DNA from: a virus
Strand: one strand, 5' to 3'
Virus record (IMG/VR): IMGVR_UViG_3300045988_137512
Span: 10,274 to 42,273 of that record
DNA: 32,000 nucleotides
Shown: in pieces, positions 1-7,758 of the stretch
Numbering within the stretch: position 1 is the first letter of the stretch
How the letters are laid out: every line of letters begins with the position of its first letter
The notes under the pieces: generated by a model
What the model saw: the letters and a program-made list of their open reading frames with translations, nothing else
What the model was told of the DNA's origin: nothing
Databases searched by the model: none
Position numbers and translations under genes: made by a program

Positions 1-133
1 TTATTTCTTTTTTGGCTTGTGCAACATCTTCATTATGTGATCCTTTTTCCTTTTTGAGTTCTCCTTTTAAATACTCAACATTAGATTTTAACGAATCATA
101 TGTTTTTAGTGACATTTGAACAAACCCTTCCAT
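1..133 (-). CDS. Hypothetical early protein, partial (3' end outside window)
   Basis: ATG at 131-133 preceded by GAGGAGGA. The frame stays open to the window edge (MEGFVQMSLKTYDSLKSNVEYLKGELKK...). Confidence 0.4.
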   Translation of the reverse strand, partial: MEGFVQMSLKTYDSLKSNVEYLKGELKKEKGSHNEDVAQAKKEI

Positions 134-303
134 TAGAAATCATCCTCCTCATTTGAATTATCATTAATAATTGCGTTCCACAGATATTCAATACGTTCTC
201 TGTATTCATCTTTTGTGATTTCTGATAAAGGCTTTTTAAATCCTGTAGGCAACAATTTGAATCCGAATTCTTTTTCGAATTCTTCTAAATCTTTTTCTGT
301 CAT
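133..303 (-). CDS. Small acidic hypothetical protein (56 aa)
   Basis: My own translation is MTEKDLEEFEKEFGFKLLPTGFKKPLSEITKDEYRERIEYLWNAIINDNSNEEDDF. AGGAGAAAG lies upstream, and ATGA/TAATG-type overlaps link it to both neighbours. Confidence 0.5.
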   Translation of the reverse strand: MTEKDLEEFEKEFGFKLLPTGFKKPLSEITKDEYRERIEYLWNAIINDNSNEEDDF

Positions 304-647
304 TTTTTCTTTCTCCTATTTTCAAGAACATCTTGATAATCTTGTAATTTTTTCACCGCTAAACTATACTCTTTATTAACTTTATGAATCTCTTTATGAA
401 TCTCTGCTTGTTTCTCTTTTGTTGGTTTTCTATTATATAGAGAATGGCACAAGTTCATAGATTCATAATACTTTTCAATGCACTTATCGTTAAGTTCACA
501 AAACCTTTTGGCTTCGTTGTATCTTAAATTACATCCTTCATCTGCTTCAAATTCTTCCGGTACATCATATCCAAAAATCTCACAATAATATTCAGTGCCA
601 CATTCGCTTGATTGACAACGTTCAAATTTACAATTATCACACTTCAT
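300..647 (-). CDS. Cys-rich hypothetical phage protein (115 aa)
   Basis: ORF with an N-terminal CxxCxxxxCxxxxC cluster, tightly packed in the early operon. Confidence 0.6.
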   Translation of the reverse strand: MKCDNCKFERCQSSECGTEYYCEIFGYDVPEEFEADEGCNLRYNEAKRFCELNDKCIEKYYESMNLCHSLYNRKPTKEKQAEIHKEIHKVNKEYSLAVKKLQDYQDVLENRRKKK

Positions 648-649
648 TT

Positions 650-931
650 CTATACTTCCACTTCCTCATCTTGTGGCATTTGGTAAAACTTGTTATTTTC
701 GATTAAATGGTAACAATTTGTGCCAATAGATGGCATAATTTTACTTGGATAAGGATATTCAATTTTTTCTTGAATTTCATCCAATACAGCAAAAGCTTTA
801 TCTAATGTAGAATAACTTCCTAAAGTGATAATTCCATCTCCAATAACCTCAAAAGAATCATTCGCACATTGCCTAACAAATAAACGCTCACACTTAACTA
901 GCGTGAATAAATCTTGACTTCTAATCCACAT
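650..931 (-). CDS. Hypothetical phage protein (93 aa)
   Basis: ORF with an AGAGGGG ribosome-binding site 8 nt upstream of the ATG. Confidence 0.6.
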   Translation of the reverse strand: MWIRSQDLFTLVKCERLFVRQCANDSFEVIGDGIITLGSYSTLDKAFAVLDEIQEKIEYPYPSKIMPSIGTNCYHLIENNKFYQMPQDEEVEV

Positions 932-932
932 C

Positions 933-1448
933 TTAATACCCCTCTTTCAATCTTTGATAATTCACTTTGTTTTTGTCACAATATGCTTTATTCACATCTT
1001 CAATCGTGAAACCTAAGTATTCTGTGATTGCAATTAATGTTTCGATACTATAGCAATCTCTACGAACTAATTCGGTTAAAAACAAAGGTAAAAATACACG
1101 TTTGGATTTCAATCGCTCTAAGAACGTATCTACAATCTCTTTTTCTTGTAAGTAACTTCCTAATGTCATTTCGCCAAAATTACAAATATTTTGCTCACAT
1201 AACACAAAATGCCAAATATCAACTAATTCGCCTAATACCTTTTCTTCATCAACTTGTGGTTGAGTTTTCTTCCACCAACACCAATCACCTTTTAATTCGT
1301 GAGTTAATTCGCCTACTTCGTCTAATATAGCCATCATCAAATTGTCTTTATTAATTTCAGTTAAGCCATATTCTTCCATGATGGCATTATCTAGCTTGGC
1401 TTGTTTTTTCAACATTTTCCTAATCAATTCCATATCTTTAGCGTTCAT
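933..1448 (-). CDS. All-alpha NTP pyrophosphohydrolase, dimeric dUTPase (dUTPase_2)/MazG-like
   Basis: Motif pattern AILDEVGEL...WCWWKK...DEEKVLGELVDIWHFVL is typical of dimeric phage dUTPases. Recognised by eye only. Confidence 0.6.
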   Translation of the reverse strand: MNAKDMELIRKMLKKQAKLDNAIMEEYGLTEINKDNLMMAILDEVGELTHELKGDWCWWKKTQPQVDEEKVLGELVDIWHFVLCEQNICNFGEMTLGSYLQEKEIVDTFLERLKSKRVFLPLFLTELVRRDCYSIETLIAITEYLGFTIEDVNKAYCDKNKVNYQRLKEGY

Positions 1449-1938
1449 GTTTCTTTATCTCTCTTTCTAGGAACCATTTTGCCTTCTTTAGGTCCTCTAA
1501 TTCAGTGCCTTTATAAGGTGCTCGTGCAATGTATTTGACGGCACTACCAAGACAGAAGTTTAGGTTGTGAGATTCGATAAATTCGATTGGCTCGATGCCG
1601 TGTCCCACATAATGCGGTGGATGATTTACCATGTCGATTTCATCATCTACTTTTTCTTCTTTTGGTTTGAAACAATCCTTTGCTTTTAAATATGCCATAG
1701 TATCGTGTTTATATGTTCTTTTACAATTTATACAAGGTTCTTCAAACTCTGATAAATGTTCAGATACACATCCATCACATCCGTTATGTTCAGTTGTTGG
1801 TTGTTCTTCTTTTGGCACGAATTTATCTTCTGACATTTGATAACCTAAAGTAACTACGCCACATTTCTCTCTACAGTATTTACAAGGCTCATCTAACTTT
1901 GATGAATATTCATATTTGCATTTATTACATTTGCTCAT
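1438..1938 (-). CDS. DUF3310-family phage protein with two N-terminal zinc-ribbon-like CxxC...CxxC units
   Basis: C-terminal HPPHYVGHGIEPIEFIESHNLNFCLGSAVKYIARAPYKGTELEDLKKAKWFL matches the DUF3310 signature. The N-terminus carries CNKC..CKYC and CDGC..CINC. Confidence 0.7.
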   Translation of the reverse strand: MSKCNKCKYEYSSKLDEPCKYCREKCGVVTLGYQMSEDKFVPKEEQPTTEHNGCDGCVSEHLSEFEEPCINCKRTYKHDTMAYLKAKDCFKPKEEKVDDEIDMVNHPPHYVGHGIEPIEFIESHNLNFCLGSAVKYIARAPYKGTELEDLKKAKWFLEREIKKHER

Positions 1939-1952
1939 TGTTGATACCCTTT

Positions 1953-2399
1953 CTATAACTCAACATTTTCGATTAATGCTCTTTTTTCAAGAACGGATAA
2001 ATACAATCCCATGTATTTTTGTTGCTCTCTTAATAGTTCAAGTGGGCAATCATGTTTTGTTACTTCTTTGCCTAACATTTCTTCAACTTCAATTTTGTTG
2101 CAGAAATTCTTCAATTTCTCATATCTGATTTTTACTTGGTGATATTCTGCTACAAATCTTTCTTTGTAATCTTCAGAGTTCATTAACTCTACTGTTTCTT
2201 TTAATTCCATGTTGTTTTTCTCCTTTTTTTCTTTGATTTTTGTAATCTCAATTGATGCTGGATAAACGTTCAAATCTTCTTGCTTAATTTCAAAAGATTT
2301 TTGATTTCTAATCTTATCCATAACTTCTTTTTCTGAATCAGCTTCTACGATTTCTGATAATCGAGCGAATATATTCGCTGTAAACAAATATTTTTCCAT
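1953..2399 (-). CDS. Conserved phage protein of unknown function (148 aa)
   Basis: AAAGGAG ribosome-binding site. I recognise the C-terminal half (EDYKERFVAEYHQVKIRYEKL...CPLELLREQ) as a widespread uncharacterised phage family. Confidence 0.6.
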   Translation of the reverse strand: MEKYLFTANIFARLSEIVEADSEKEVMDKIRNQKSFEIKQEDLNVYPASIEITKIKEKKEKNNMELKETVELMNSEDYKERFVAEYHQVKIRYEKLKNFCNKIEVEEMLGKEVTKHDCPLELLREQQKYMGLYLSVLEKRALIENVEL

Positions 2400-2514
2400 G
2401 TTAGCTCCTTTAAAACGTACTGTTTTATAAATCTACGTGCATATTGTGGATGAATCATACTTCTTTGCGTTTGAACACTGTATTCACCTTTTTTGACCTT
2501 TGAAATAACTTTCT

Positions 2515-2916
2515 TTAGTCTATTTCACCTGTCGCTAAATATTCTTGCAAATTTCTATAAATGTTTTTTTCGTCTTTTTCAGACGCAACATTACTTGCTA
2601 CACAACATGCTTTTTTTAAATAATCAAATTCTTCATCCGACATAACATATCCTTTAACAGATACCTTACAAACAAGATTTTTCTTTTCTTCGGCAACAAC
2701 TTCAACATGATCTTTACCGGTTAATAATCTATATAAACACTCTTTCCAACCAAAGAAATCAAGATCTCTAGAATCAAATTCCATTGATCGTAACTCTAAA
2801 TCTTCATTAAAATACAGTGGGTTGCATTGCTTAAAATCACCATCCACATCAAATGCATCATATGGTTCTAAGCCATTGTCTTCCATGAATTTTTCAATAA
2901 CTTTTAGTTCAATCAT
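2515..2916 (-). CDS. Hypothetical phage protein (133 aa)
   Basis: ORF with a GGAGGAAA ribosome-binding site. Confidence 0.6.
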   Translation of the reverse strand: MIELKVIEKFMEDNGLEPYDAFDVDGDFKQCNPLYFNEDLELRSMEFDSRDLDFFGWKECLYRLLTGKDHVEVVAEEKKNLVCKVSVKGYVMSDEEFDYLKKACCVASNVASEKDEKNIYRNLQEYLATGEID

Positions 2917-3119
2917 TCTATTTCCTCCAATTCCAATTCTTCACATATTTTTACGATTACAAATCCTTTTCTTGAACGCTTTTGTATTCCTTTTTTCTGC
3001 TTGGAAAGCATTGATCTAAATCCATTGATCGTTGTTTCTAGAAATGCTGCACATTCATCTTCTGTTCCAATGCACGCAGGTAGATCATCCTTGTATATTC
3101 CGTATATTTTTCGTGCCAT
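2913..3119 (-). CDS. Hypothetical phage protein (68 aa from MARKIYG...)
   Basis: The start of the longest ORF is a TTG. The internal ATG at 3117-3119 has a GAGGTGA ribosome-binding site and lies just after the upstream stop. Confidence 0.5.
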   Translation of the reverse strand: MARKIYGIYKDDLPACIGTEDECAAFLETTINGFRSMLSKQKKGIQKRSRKGFVIVKICEELELEEIE

Positions 3120-3126
3120 ATTCACC

Positions 3127-3837
3127 TCATAAAAAGCGAATATCAAACGATGGCTTTTTCACTTTTCCATGACATGTATCTAAAACAGTTTGATAGCTGC
3201 AAAATAAATCTTTAGCAGCTGCTCTGCTCGATGGCCATGATCTAACCAATACACCATATTTATATAGTCCGATTTTTTTTCTTTCATATCTTGATGTTGC
3301 TAAAGAACCTGTTATGCTTGCACATTTGCTTCTATCAACAACATCAATCGCATCTAACTTGAGTTCCTTTCCATAAACAAGAACGCAATCATCTGAATCT
3401 AAATCTCTCTTTATAAAAGCTTTTGCGAATATCCTGGCTGCATTCACTTCTTTTTTATTTATCTTTACCATCCATTTTGTTTTGTGTTTGTAATTCGACA
3501 GTGTTTTCATACCACCGCTTTTTTTGGCGTATCTTACTGTACAATCTGGATAAGCATAGTATTTTCTGCCGCTTTCTGCGGTATGAATCAAAACCGGCTC
3601 ATTTGTTAGATATCTCTTGTCTTTTGTTTCTTTTTCAATCAAGATACAACCTCTGTAAAAAGGAGCGAGCACTGATACATAGGAATCAAATCTAGATTTT
3701 TTAATTTTTAGGGTTGCCATAACTTCTAAATCTGTTACCTCACCCTTGATATCTAATGGATCATCCGGATTTTGCATCAAATAAACAACACCCTTCGTTC
3801 TTACTTTTCTAAGAACTTTATATTTTTTCTTTGCCAT
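3127..3837 (-). CDS. Homing-endonuclease-like DNA-binding protein (NUMOD4/HNH_3-like core lacking the catalytic His/Asn, NUMOD1-like C-terminal HTH)
   Basis: YYAYPDCTVRY...KWMVKINKKEVNAARIFAKAFI...VLVYGKELKLDAIDV aligns by eye to the HNH_3 layout, but H/N positions are substituted. The C-terminal KIGLYKYGVLVRSWPSSRAAAKDLFCSYQTVLDTCHG is NUMOD1-like. Confidence 0.4.
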   Translation of the reverse strand: MAKKKYKVLRKVRTKGVVYLMQNPDDPLDIKGEVTDLEVMATLKIKKSRFDSYVSVLAPFYRGCILIEKETKDKRYLTNEPVLIHTAESGRKYYAYPDCTVRYAKKSGGMKTLSNYKHKTKWMVKINKKEVNAARIFAKAFIKRDLDSDDCVLVYGKELKLDAIDVVDRSKCASITGSLATSRYERKKIGLYKYGVLVRSWPSSRAAAKDLFCSYQTVLDTCHGKVKKPSFDIRFL

Positions 3838-4631
3838 CAGTTCAACCTGTAATTCTTTCCAGGCTCTTTCTCAATTTCAAAGAAGAAACCATTGCACTTT
3901 TCAACAATTCTTCCAACAACTGCTTCATTGATATCAATCATTTCCTGACTTGTTCTTTCGCAGGATATGATCGTCTGCATGTTGTTGTTATAGCGATAAT
4001 CAATCAAATCAAAGATTGCTTTATCGTCTAATCGATTGGCACTAGATTTAAACAAATCATCTAGATACAAGATTTGAGCGTGTTTAGCACGTTCTAGAAG
4101 TGAATAATCAAAGTTGCTAATAGAATTGCTCAACTCAATGTATCTGACGTACAGAACGCGTTTATTTTGTTCTAACAACCAATTACTGATTCCTGAACAT
4201 AGATGTGTTTTACCACATCCGCTCTGACCTAGAAACATCAGCCAATTGCAAGGAGTATGTTCTGCAAAATTGTTTTTACAATCCTGGATGTAATTCACTG
4301 CCATTTTTTTGATTGCTTCCTGCCACGGATCAGATGCAACGAAATCATTGATTCGTTTGTTTAACAAATCTTTTAAGCCACTGTTCTTTTTGTTCTTCTC
4401 AATCCATTCACTGCGATAGCTTGATAGTTTCTCACAGTCATTTCTTTTTGAACAGAACACCTTTGTTGCAGCCACCAAGTATTTCCCGTCATAATACGCT
4501 GGCTTTTCCCAAATACCACAAGCGCCTGCTGCCATGCATTTGTCACAATTGCTTTGGCAATGTTTGCTTTTAAGATATTTCTCATTGTTCGTATCATTTT
4601 GTTTTTGGATTATTTCACTAACTGACTGCAT
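3837..4631 (-). CDS. DnaC/IstB-like AAA+ helicase loader with Cys-rich N-terminus
   Basis: Walker A GQSGCGKTH and Walker B ILYLDDLF. A 1-nt ATGA-type overlap couples it to both neighbours. Confidence 0.8.
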   Translation of the reverse strand: MQSVSEIIQKQNDTNNEKYLKSKHCQSNCDKCMAAGACGIWEKPAYYDGKYLVAATKVFCSKRNDCEKLSSYRSEWIEKNKKNSGLKDLLNKRINDFVASDPWQEAIKKMAVNYIQDCKNNFAEHTPCNWLMFLGQSGCGKTHLCSGISNWLLEQNKRVLYVRYIELSNSISNFDYSLLERAKHAQILYLDDLFKSSANRLDDKAIFDLIDYRYNNNMQTIISCERTSQEMIDINEAVVGRIVEKCNGFFFEIEKEPGKNYRLN

Positions 4632-5434
4632 TACATCTTCATTCCTTTCGTGATCACAAAATTATTTGTTTTTTGTTTAGGTGCTACACTGTTCAGATAA
4701 ATTTCAAACTTAGATCCAAACAACGTATCTGGTCTTAGATACTTGTTCATCTCTGTATCGTTTAACCATTCATGCGATTTCACATCAATCACAAGCTTAA
4801 AGTCTTCTAACCTGAATCCTTCATTCCATCTAGCATGAATCTTATCTCTAGCAATACGATTACTGTGTTTGTAATTCTTTGAACATTTAGAATTCAAGTA
4901 GTCAATAATTTCAACATAAGGGATTGTTTCTGATGCTGATAAATCAGTGTCGTCGGAACTTTCTTTTATATTTCTTTTATTATTAACTGTGTATATAAAT
5001 GTTTTATTAACTGTCTTACATTGGACAGATTTGTCTTTTGTACATTGGACAGATTTGTCTTTTGTACATTGGACAGATTCGGTAAATGCATTGGACAAAT
5101 TTGACCAATCGATAGATAAAGCATTTTTTAACTTTTCACCCATATTTCCAAATGCATACCAGCTTGTTTGATTCCAAGGATTTTCATTGTAATTTCCTTT
5201 GATAATCAAATCTTCATCAACCATTTTTTGAAGTATTCTTTGTATCTTTTTTTCACTCCAGTATGGAAATAATTTTTTAAATCCTTTTGCAGAATTAAAC
5301 GTCCAATATTTTCCATCATGATAGTTGTAATTATTTGCTTCATTTTTGTTGATCCAAAAACAAAACATATCAAATACAACAGCAACTTCAATGCCGTATT
5401 TGTCGGCAATTGCAATTTCAAAACTGTGTTTCAT
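4631..5434 (-). CDS. Replication initiator/replisome organiser (winged-helix N-terminus plus Phg_2220_C DnaD-like C-terminus)
   Basis: IIDYLNSKCSKNYKHSNRIARDKIHARWNEGFRLEDFKLVIDVKSHEWLNDTEMNKYLRPDTLFGSKFEIYL matches the conserved phage C-terminal domain. Internal iterons encode the inter-domain linker. Confidence 0.8.
   Translation of the reverse strand: MKHSFEIAIADKYGIEVAVVFDMFCFWINKNEANNYNYHDGKYWTFNSAKGFKKLFPYWSEKKIQRILQKMVDEDLIIKGNYNENPWNQTSWYAFGNMGEKLKNALSIDWSNLSNAFTESVQCTKDKSVQCTKDKSVQCKTVNKTFIYTVNNKRNIKESSDDTDLSASETIPYVEIIDYLNSKCSKNYKHSNRIARDKIHARWNEGFRLEDFKLVIDVKSHEWLNDTEMNKYLRPDTLFGSKFEIYLNSVAPKQKTNNFVITKGMKM
4980..5106. repeat. Iteron array (putative origin) inside the initiator gene
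   Basis: TTATTAACTGT occurs at 4980 and 5004. TACATTGGACAGATTTGTCTTTTG occurs at 5017 and 5041, with a partial copy at 5065 and a further CATTGGACAAAT at 5089. An AT-rich stretch lies adjacent. Confidence 0.6.
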
Positions 5435-5443
5435 TTCTTATCC

Positions 5444-5707
5444 TCAAAATAAAGACATCGTCTCTATTTTCTTTCTATTCCTTGTATTACTTTTAGGTAG
5501 AATCACAAGCTCATAAAACCTTCCATCTACCTGATAAAAACGATATGCTGCACCCATACAAGAAACATTTTTTCTTTGTACGAGAGCAGCTGTTATTCCA
5601 TATTCTTCAAACATATAAGCTGCATCAGGAACTACTTGTAGAACCTCATATGATGCATTTTGAACCTGGATAACATCACCTGTATTAACATTAGTAGCTT
5701 CTTTCAT
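5444..5707 (-). CDS. Hypothetical phage protein (87 aa)
   Basis: ORF with a GGGAGAA ribosome-binding site. Confidence 0.55.
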   Translation of the reverse strand: MKEATNVNTGDVIQVQNASYEVLQVVPDAAYMFEEYGITAALVQRKNVSCMGAAYRFYQVDGRFYELVILPKSNTRNRKKIETMSLF

Positions 5708-5753
5708 TTGTTTCTCCCGTCTTGTATAATTACCTCGAAAAGAGGTAACTAAA

Positions 5754-6182
5754 ATGTTAAATATTGATCCAAATTATATTCTTGCCCTTATTACTTTTGT
5801 AGCACTTATTTCTCCGTCTATTGCAAATTATATAAACTGCAAATACAACACTAAAATACGTAAATTTGAAATACTAGAAGACAGAAATTATCAGTTGTCA
5901 ATTTTCAAAAGAGATATTTATTTAAATTATCTTGAATGTGCATCTTACATTATTGTTTCTAAAACAATGAATATACAAAGCGAGCAACAATATAAAACAT
6001 ATTTTTTAAAAGCTTTATCTATTTCAGATAATCAAATCACTGAATATTTAATCAGGATTAATGATTTAATTACTGATAAAAAATACAAAGATGCATTTGC
6101 GTTGCTTCAAGAGCTATCTCCATTAATCCACAATCTAATTGAATTCGATATCTCTTTACACGAGCAAAAGACTGACAAGTAA
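5754..6182 (+). CDS. Membrane-anchored hypothetical protein (142 aa), opposite-strand moron
   Basis: AGAGGT ribosome-binding site and a perfect TATAAT at 5725-5730. N-terminal TM segment ILALITFVALISPSIANYI. It is one of only three plus-strand genes in the window. Confidence 0.6.
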   Translation: MLNIDPNYILALITFVALISPSIANYINCKYNTKIRKFEILEDRNYQLSIFKRDIYLNYLECASYIIVSKTMNIQSEQQYKTYFLKALSISDNQITEYLIRINDLITDKKYKDAFALLQELSPLIHNLIEFDISLHEQKTDK

Positions 6183-6305
6183 TACAATCACTATTTCATA
6201 GATCCAATAAAGAACCACTCCTGGAAAATCCCATACAAAACAATTAACAACCGCTAAAATAAGGGCCATAATAATTATTACCGCCATTGTTGTTGTTGCT
6301 GTCAT
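6156..6305 (-). CDS. Small two-TM hydrophobic peptide (49 aa), not in the ORF track
   Basis: My own translation is MTATTTMAVIIIMALILAVVNCFVWDFPGVVLYWIYEIVIVLLVSLLLV. The ATG lies 5 nt after the recombinase stop, with AGGT upstream. The 3' end overlaps the plus-strand ORF by 27 nt. Confidence 0.4.
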   Translation of the reverse strand: MTATTTMAVIIIMALILAVVNCFVWDFPGVVLYWIYEIVIVLLVSLLLV

Positions 6306-6310
6306 ATTAC

Positions 6311-7210
6311 CTACTTTCTTTTCGCATAACTCAATGATTCAAGATTCTGCTTTTTCATTTTCCTTGTTGTACGAACATAGATTCTTGTGGTTTCTAAACT
6401 AGAATGCCCAAGAATATCAGCCAATTCAGCAATCGCATTTTCACCATTCTGCATCAAATACTGAATGGCGAACAAATGTCTAAATGCATGAGGATGTACT
6501 TTGCCAAGCTTAATCCCTCTGCATTTACCGGCAATCATCTTTAAGTCTCTAGACAATACACGAGCATTTACAGGGTTTTTCTTATCAGAAGATGTAAATA
6601 TACACCCCTCTTCAATTTTGTTGTCCTTGCAGTATTTAAGGAGCTCTCGACGCAAGTCTGAACGTAGAATGATTCCTCTACCTTTTCCTTTGTTCATAAC
6701 ATACACATTGTCATCCGTTACTGCTTCTACAGTGAAGAACTGTAATTCACTCAATCGAATGCCCGTATATCCAAATACCTTCATGATCTCGTATAAATCC
6801 ATACGATTGATTTCACGGGCTTTTTTCAATAGCCTTTGAAATTCATTAGGTTCTAAAATATCATCCAAAGAATCATCTTTCTGGACTCTTACGTTCTTCA
6901 ATAAGTTTTTTGAATAATATTTTTTAAGTTTCAGGAAATTAAAATCATCATCCGCATCAATGATTTCGCTATATTTAATAAATTTATTAATGATCACAAT
7001 ATAGTTGTTTACTGTACTGATTTTATAATCATGCAGCAGTTTATCTTTAACACCAACTATATCGGACTTCTGTATTTCACCATCAGGCAATGAGTTAACA
7101 AACAAGATAGTTACATGTTTGTATTTACGAATGGTATTCTTACTTTTTTCATCCGCTGTTTCTTCTTCTATGAACCCGTCAATTTTTGTTTGTAACTCAT
7201 CCTTAGTCAT
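6311..7210 (-). CDS. XerC/XerD-like tyrosine recombinase (second recombinase of the phage)
   Basis: GIRLSEL (Arg), HPHAFRHLFA (HxxR) and LGHSSLETTRIYV (His...Tyr). About 300 aa with a SAM-like N-terminal domain. Confidence 0.85.
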   Translation of the reverse strand: MTKDELQTKIDGFIEEETADEKSKNTIRKYKHVTILFVNSLPDGEIQKSDIVGVKDKLLHDYKISTVNNYIVIINKFIKYSEIIDADDDFNFLKLKKYYSKNLLKNVRVQKDDSLDDILEPNEFQRLLKKAREINRMDLYEIMKVFGYTGIRLSELQFFTVEAVTDDNVYVMNKGKGRGIILRSDLRRELLKYCKDNKIEEGCIFTSSDKKNPVNARVLSRDLKMIAGKCRGIKLGKVHPHAFRHLFAIQYLMQNGENAIAELADILGHSSLETTRIYVRTTRKMKKQNLESLSYAKRK

Positions 7211-7211
7211 A

Positions 7212-7430
7212 TTACTTAACTACCTGGATGATTGTTGTAGCCAACACCTTAGTAGATAAAAATACGCATACATTCAATGCAAGTAAAGCAATATTAATGA
7301 ATGTACATGCAACTACATAATTCTTTGGCTTAGGTTTCAAATTAATGAGATACTTGTCATCTAACTTACTGATCTCATAGTTATCGAAATCGGGAATCAC
7401 CCAATTTTCTTTTTCTTCTTTTTTTGCCAT
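7212..7430 (-). CDS. Tail-anchored small membrane protein (72 aa from MAKKEEKEN...)
   Basis: GGAG lies 9 nt upstream of the ATG at 7428-7430. C-terminal TM segment VVACTFINIALLALNVCVFL. Confidence 0.5.
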   Translation of the reverse strand: MAKKEEKENWVIPDFDNYEISKLDDKYLINLKPKPKNYVVACTFINIALLALNVCVFLSTKVLATTIIQVVK

Positions 7431-7469
7431 TTTCATTACTCCTTTAATTTTCTGTGATATAATAATCAT

Positions 7470-7533
7470 GTGGTTAATTTATGCAGGGCTCACTACCCTA
7501 GCACGCTTGGTCAAGCGTGCTTTTTATTTGTTC
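7470..7533 (+). ncRNA. Candidate antisense small RNA
   Basis: Extended -10 TGaTATAAT at 7455-7463. A 9-bp hairpin AGCACGCTT-GGTC-AAGCGTGCT at 7500-7521 is followed by TTTTTATTTG on the plus strand only. Confidence 0.3.
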
Positions 7534-7758
7534 CTTCCAAATGTCATTAAGCGCACTTTTAGTCTCAGGAAAATACTCAACAAATATTGGAGTGGGAACT
7601 GCAAGAATCTTTCCAAGCATAGTGTCTCGATATGATCCTTCAAATATTTCACCCTTTTTATTTTTTTGTCTGCGTAGATTATGTAAAATCTTTCTAGCTT
7701 GTGTATCTTTTACAGGTAAAACAAGCATCACATCTCTAACAGTCACATATGCTTTCAT
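7498..7758 (-). CDS. Putative small DNA-binding early protein (Xis/HTH-like, 86 aa from MKAYVTV...)
   Basis: AAAGGAG upstream of the ATG at 7756-7758, with an ATGA overlap to the upstream small ORF. The extended start given in the ORF track lacks a ribosome-binding site. Confidence 0.45.
   Translation of the reverse strand: MKAYVTVRDVMLVLPVKDTQARKILHNLRRQKNKKGEIFEGSYRDTMLGKILAVPTPIFVEYFPETKSALNDIWKEQIKSTLDQAC

Noticed and set aside
2400-2514. 115-nt gap between early genes, examined for a small ORF or RNA.
   Set aside because: The only candidate is a 36-codon ORF (MIHPQYARRF...) with a weak ribosome-binding site that overlaps the next gene's start. There is no clear hairpin or promoter, so the evidence is not enough to call a feature.
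5017-5088. 24-nt tandem repeats considered as a possible CRISPR array or minisatellite.
   Set aside because: The repeats are directly adjacent with no spacers. They lie in frame inside the initiator gene and are typical of origin iterons.
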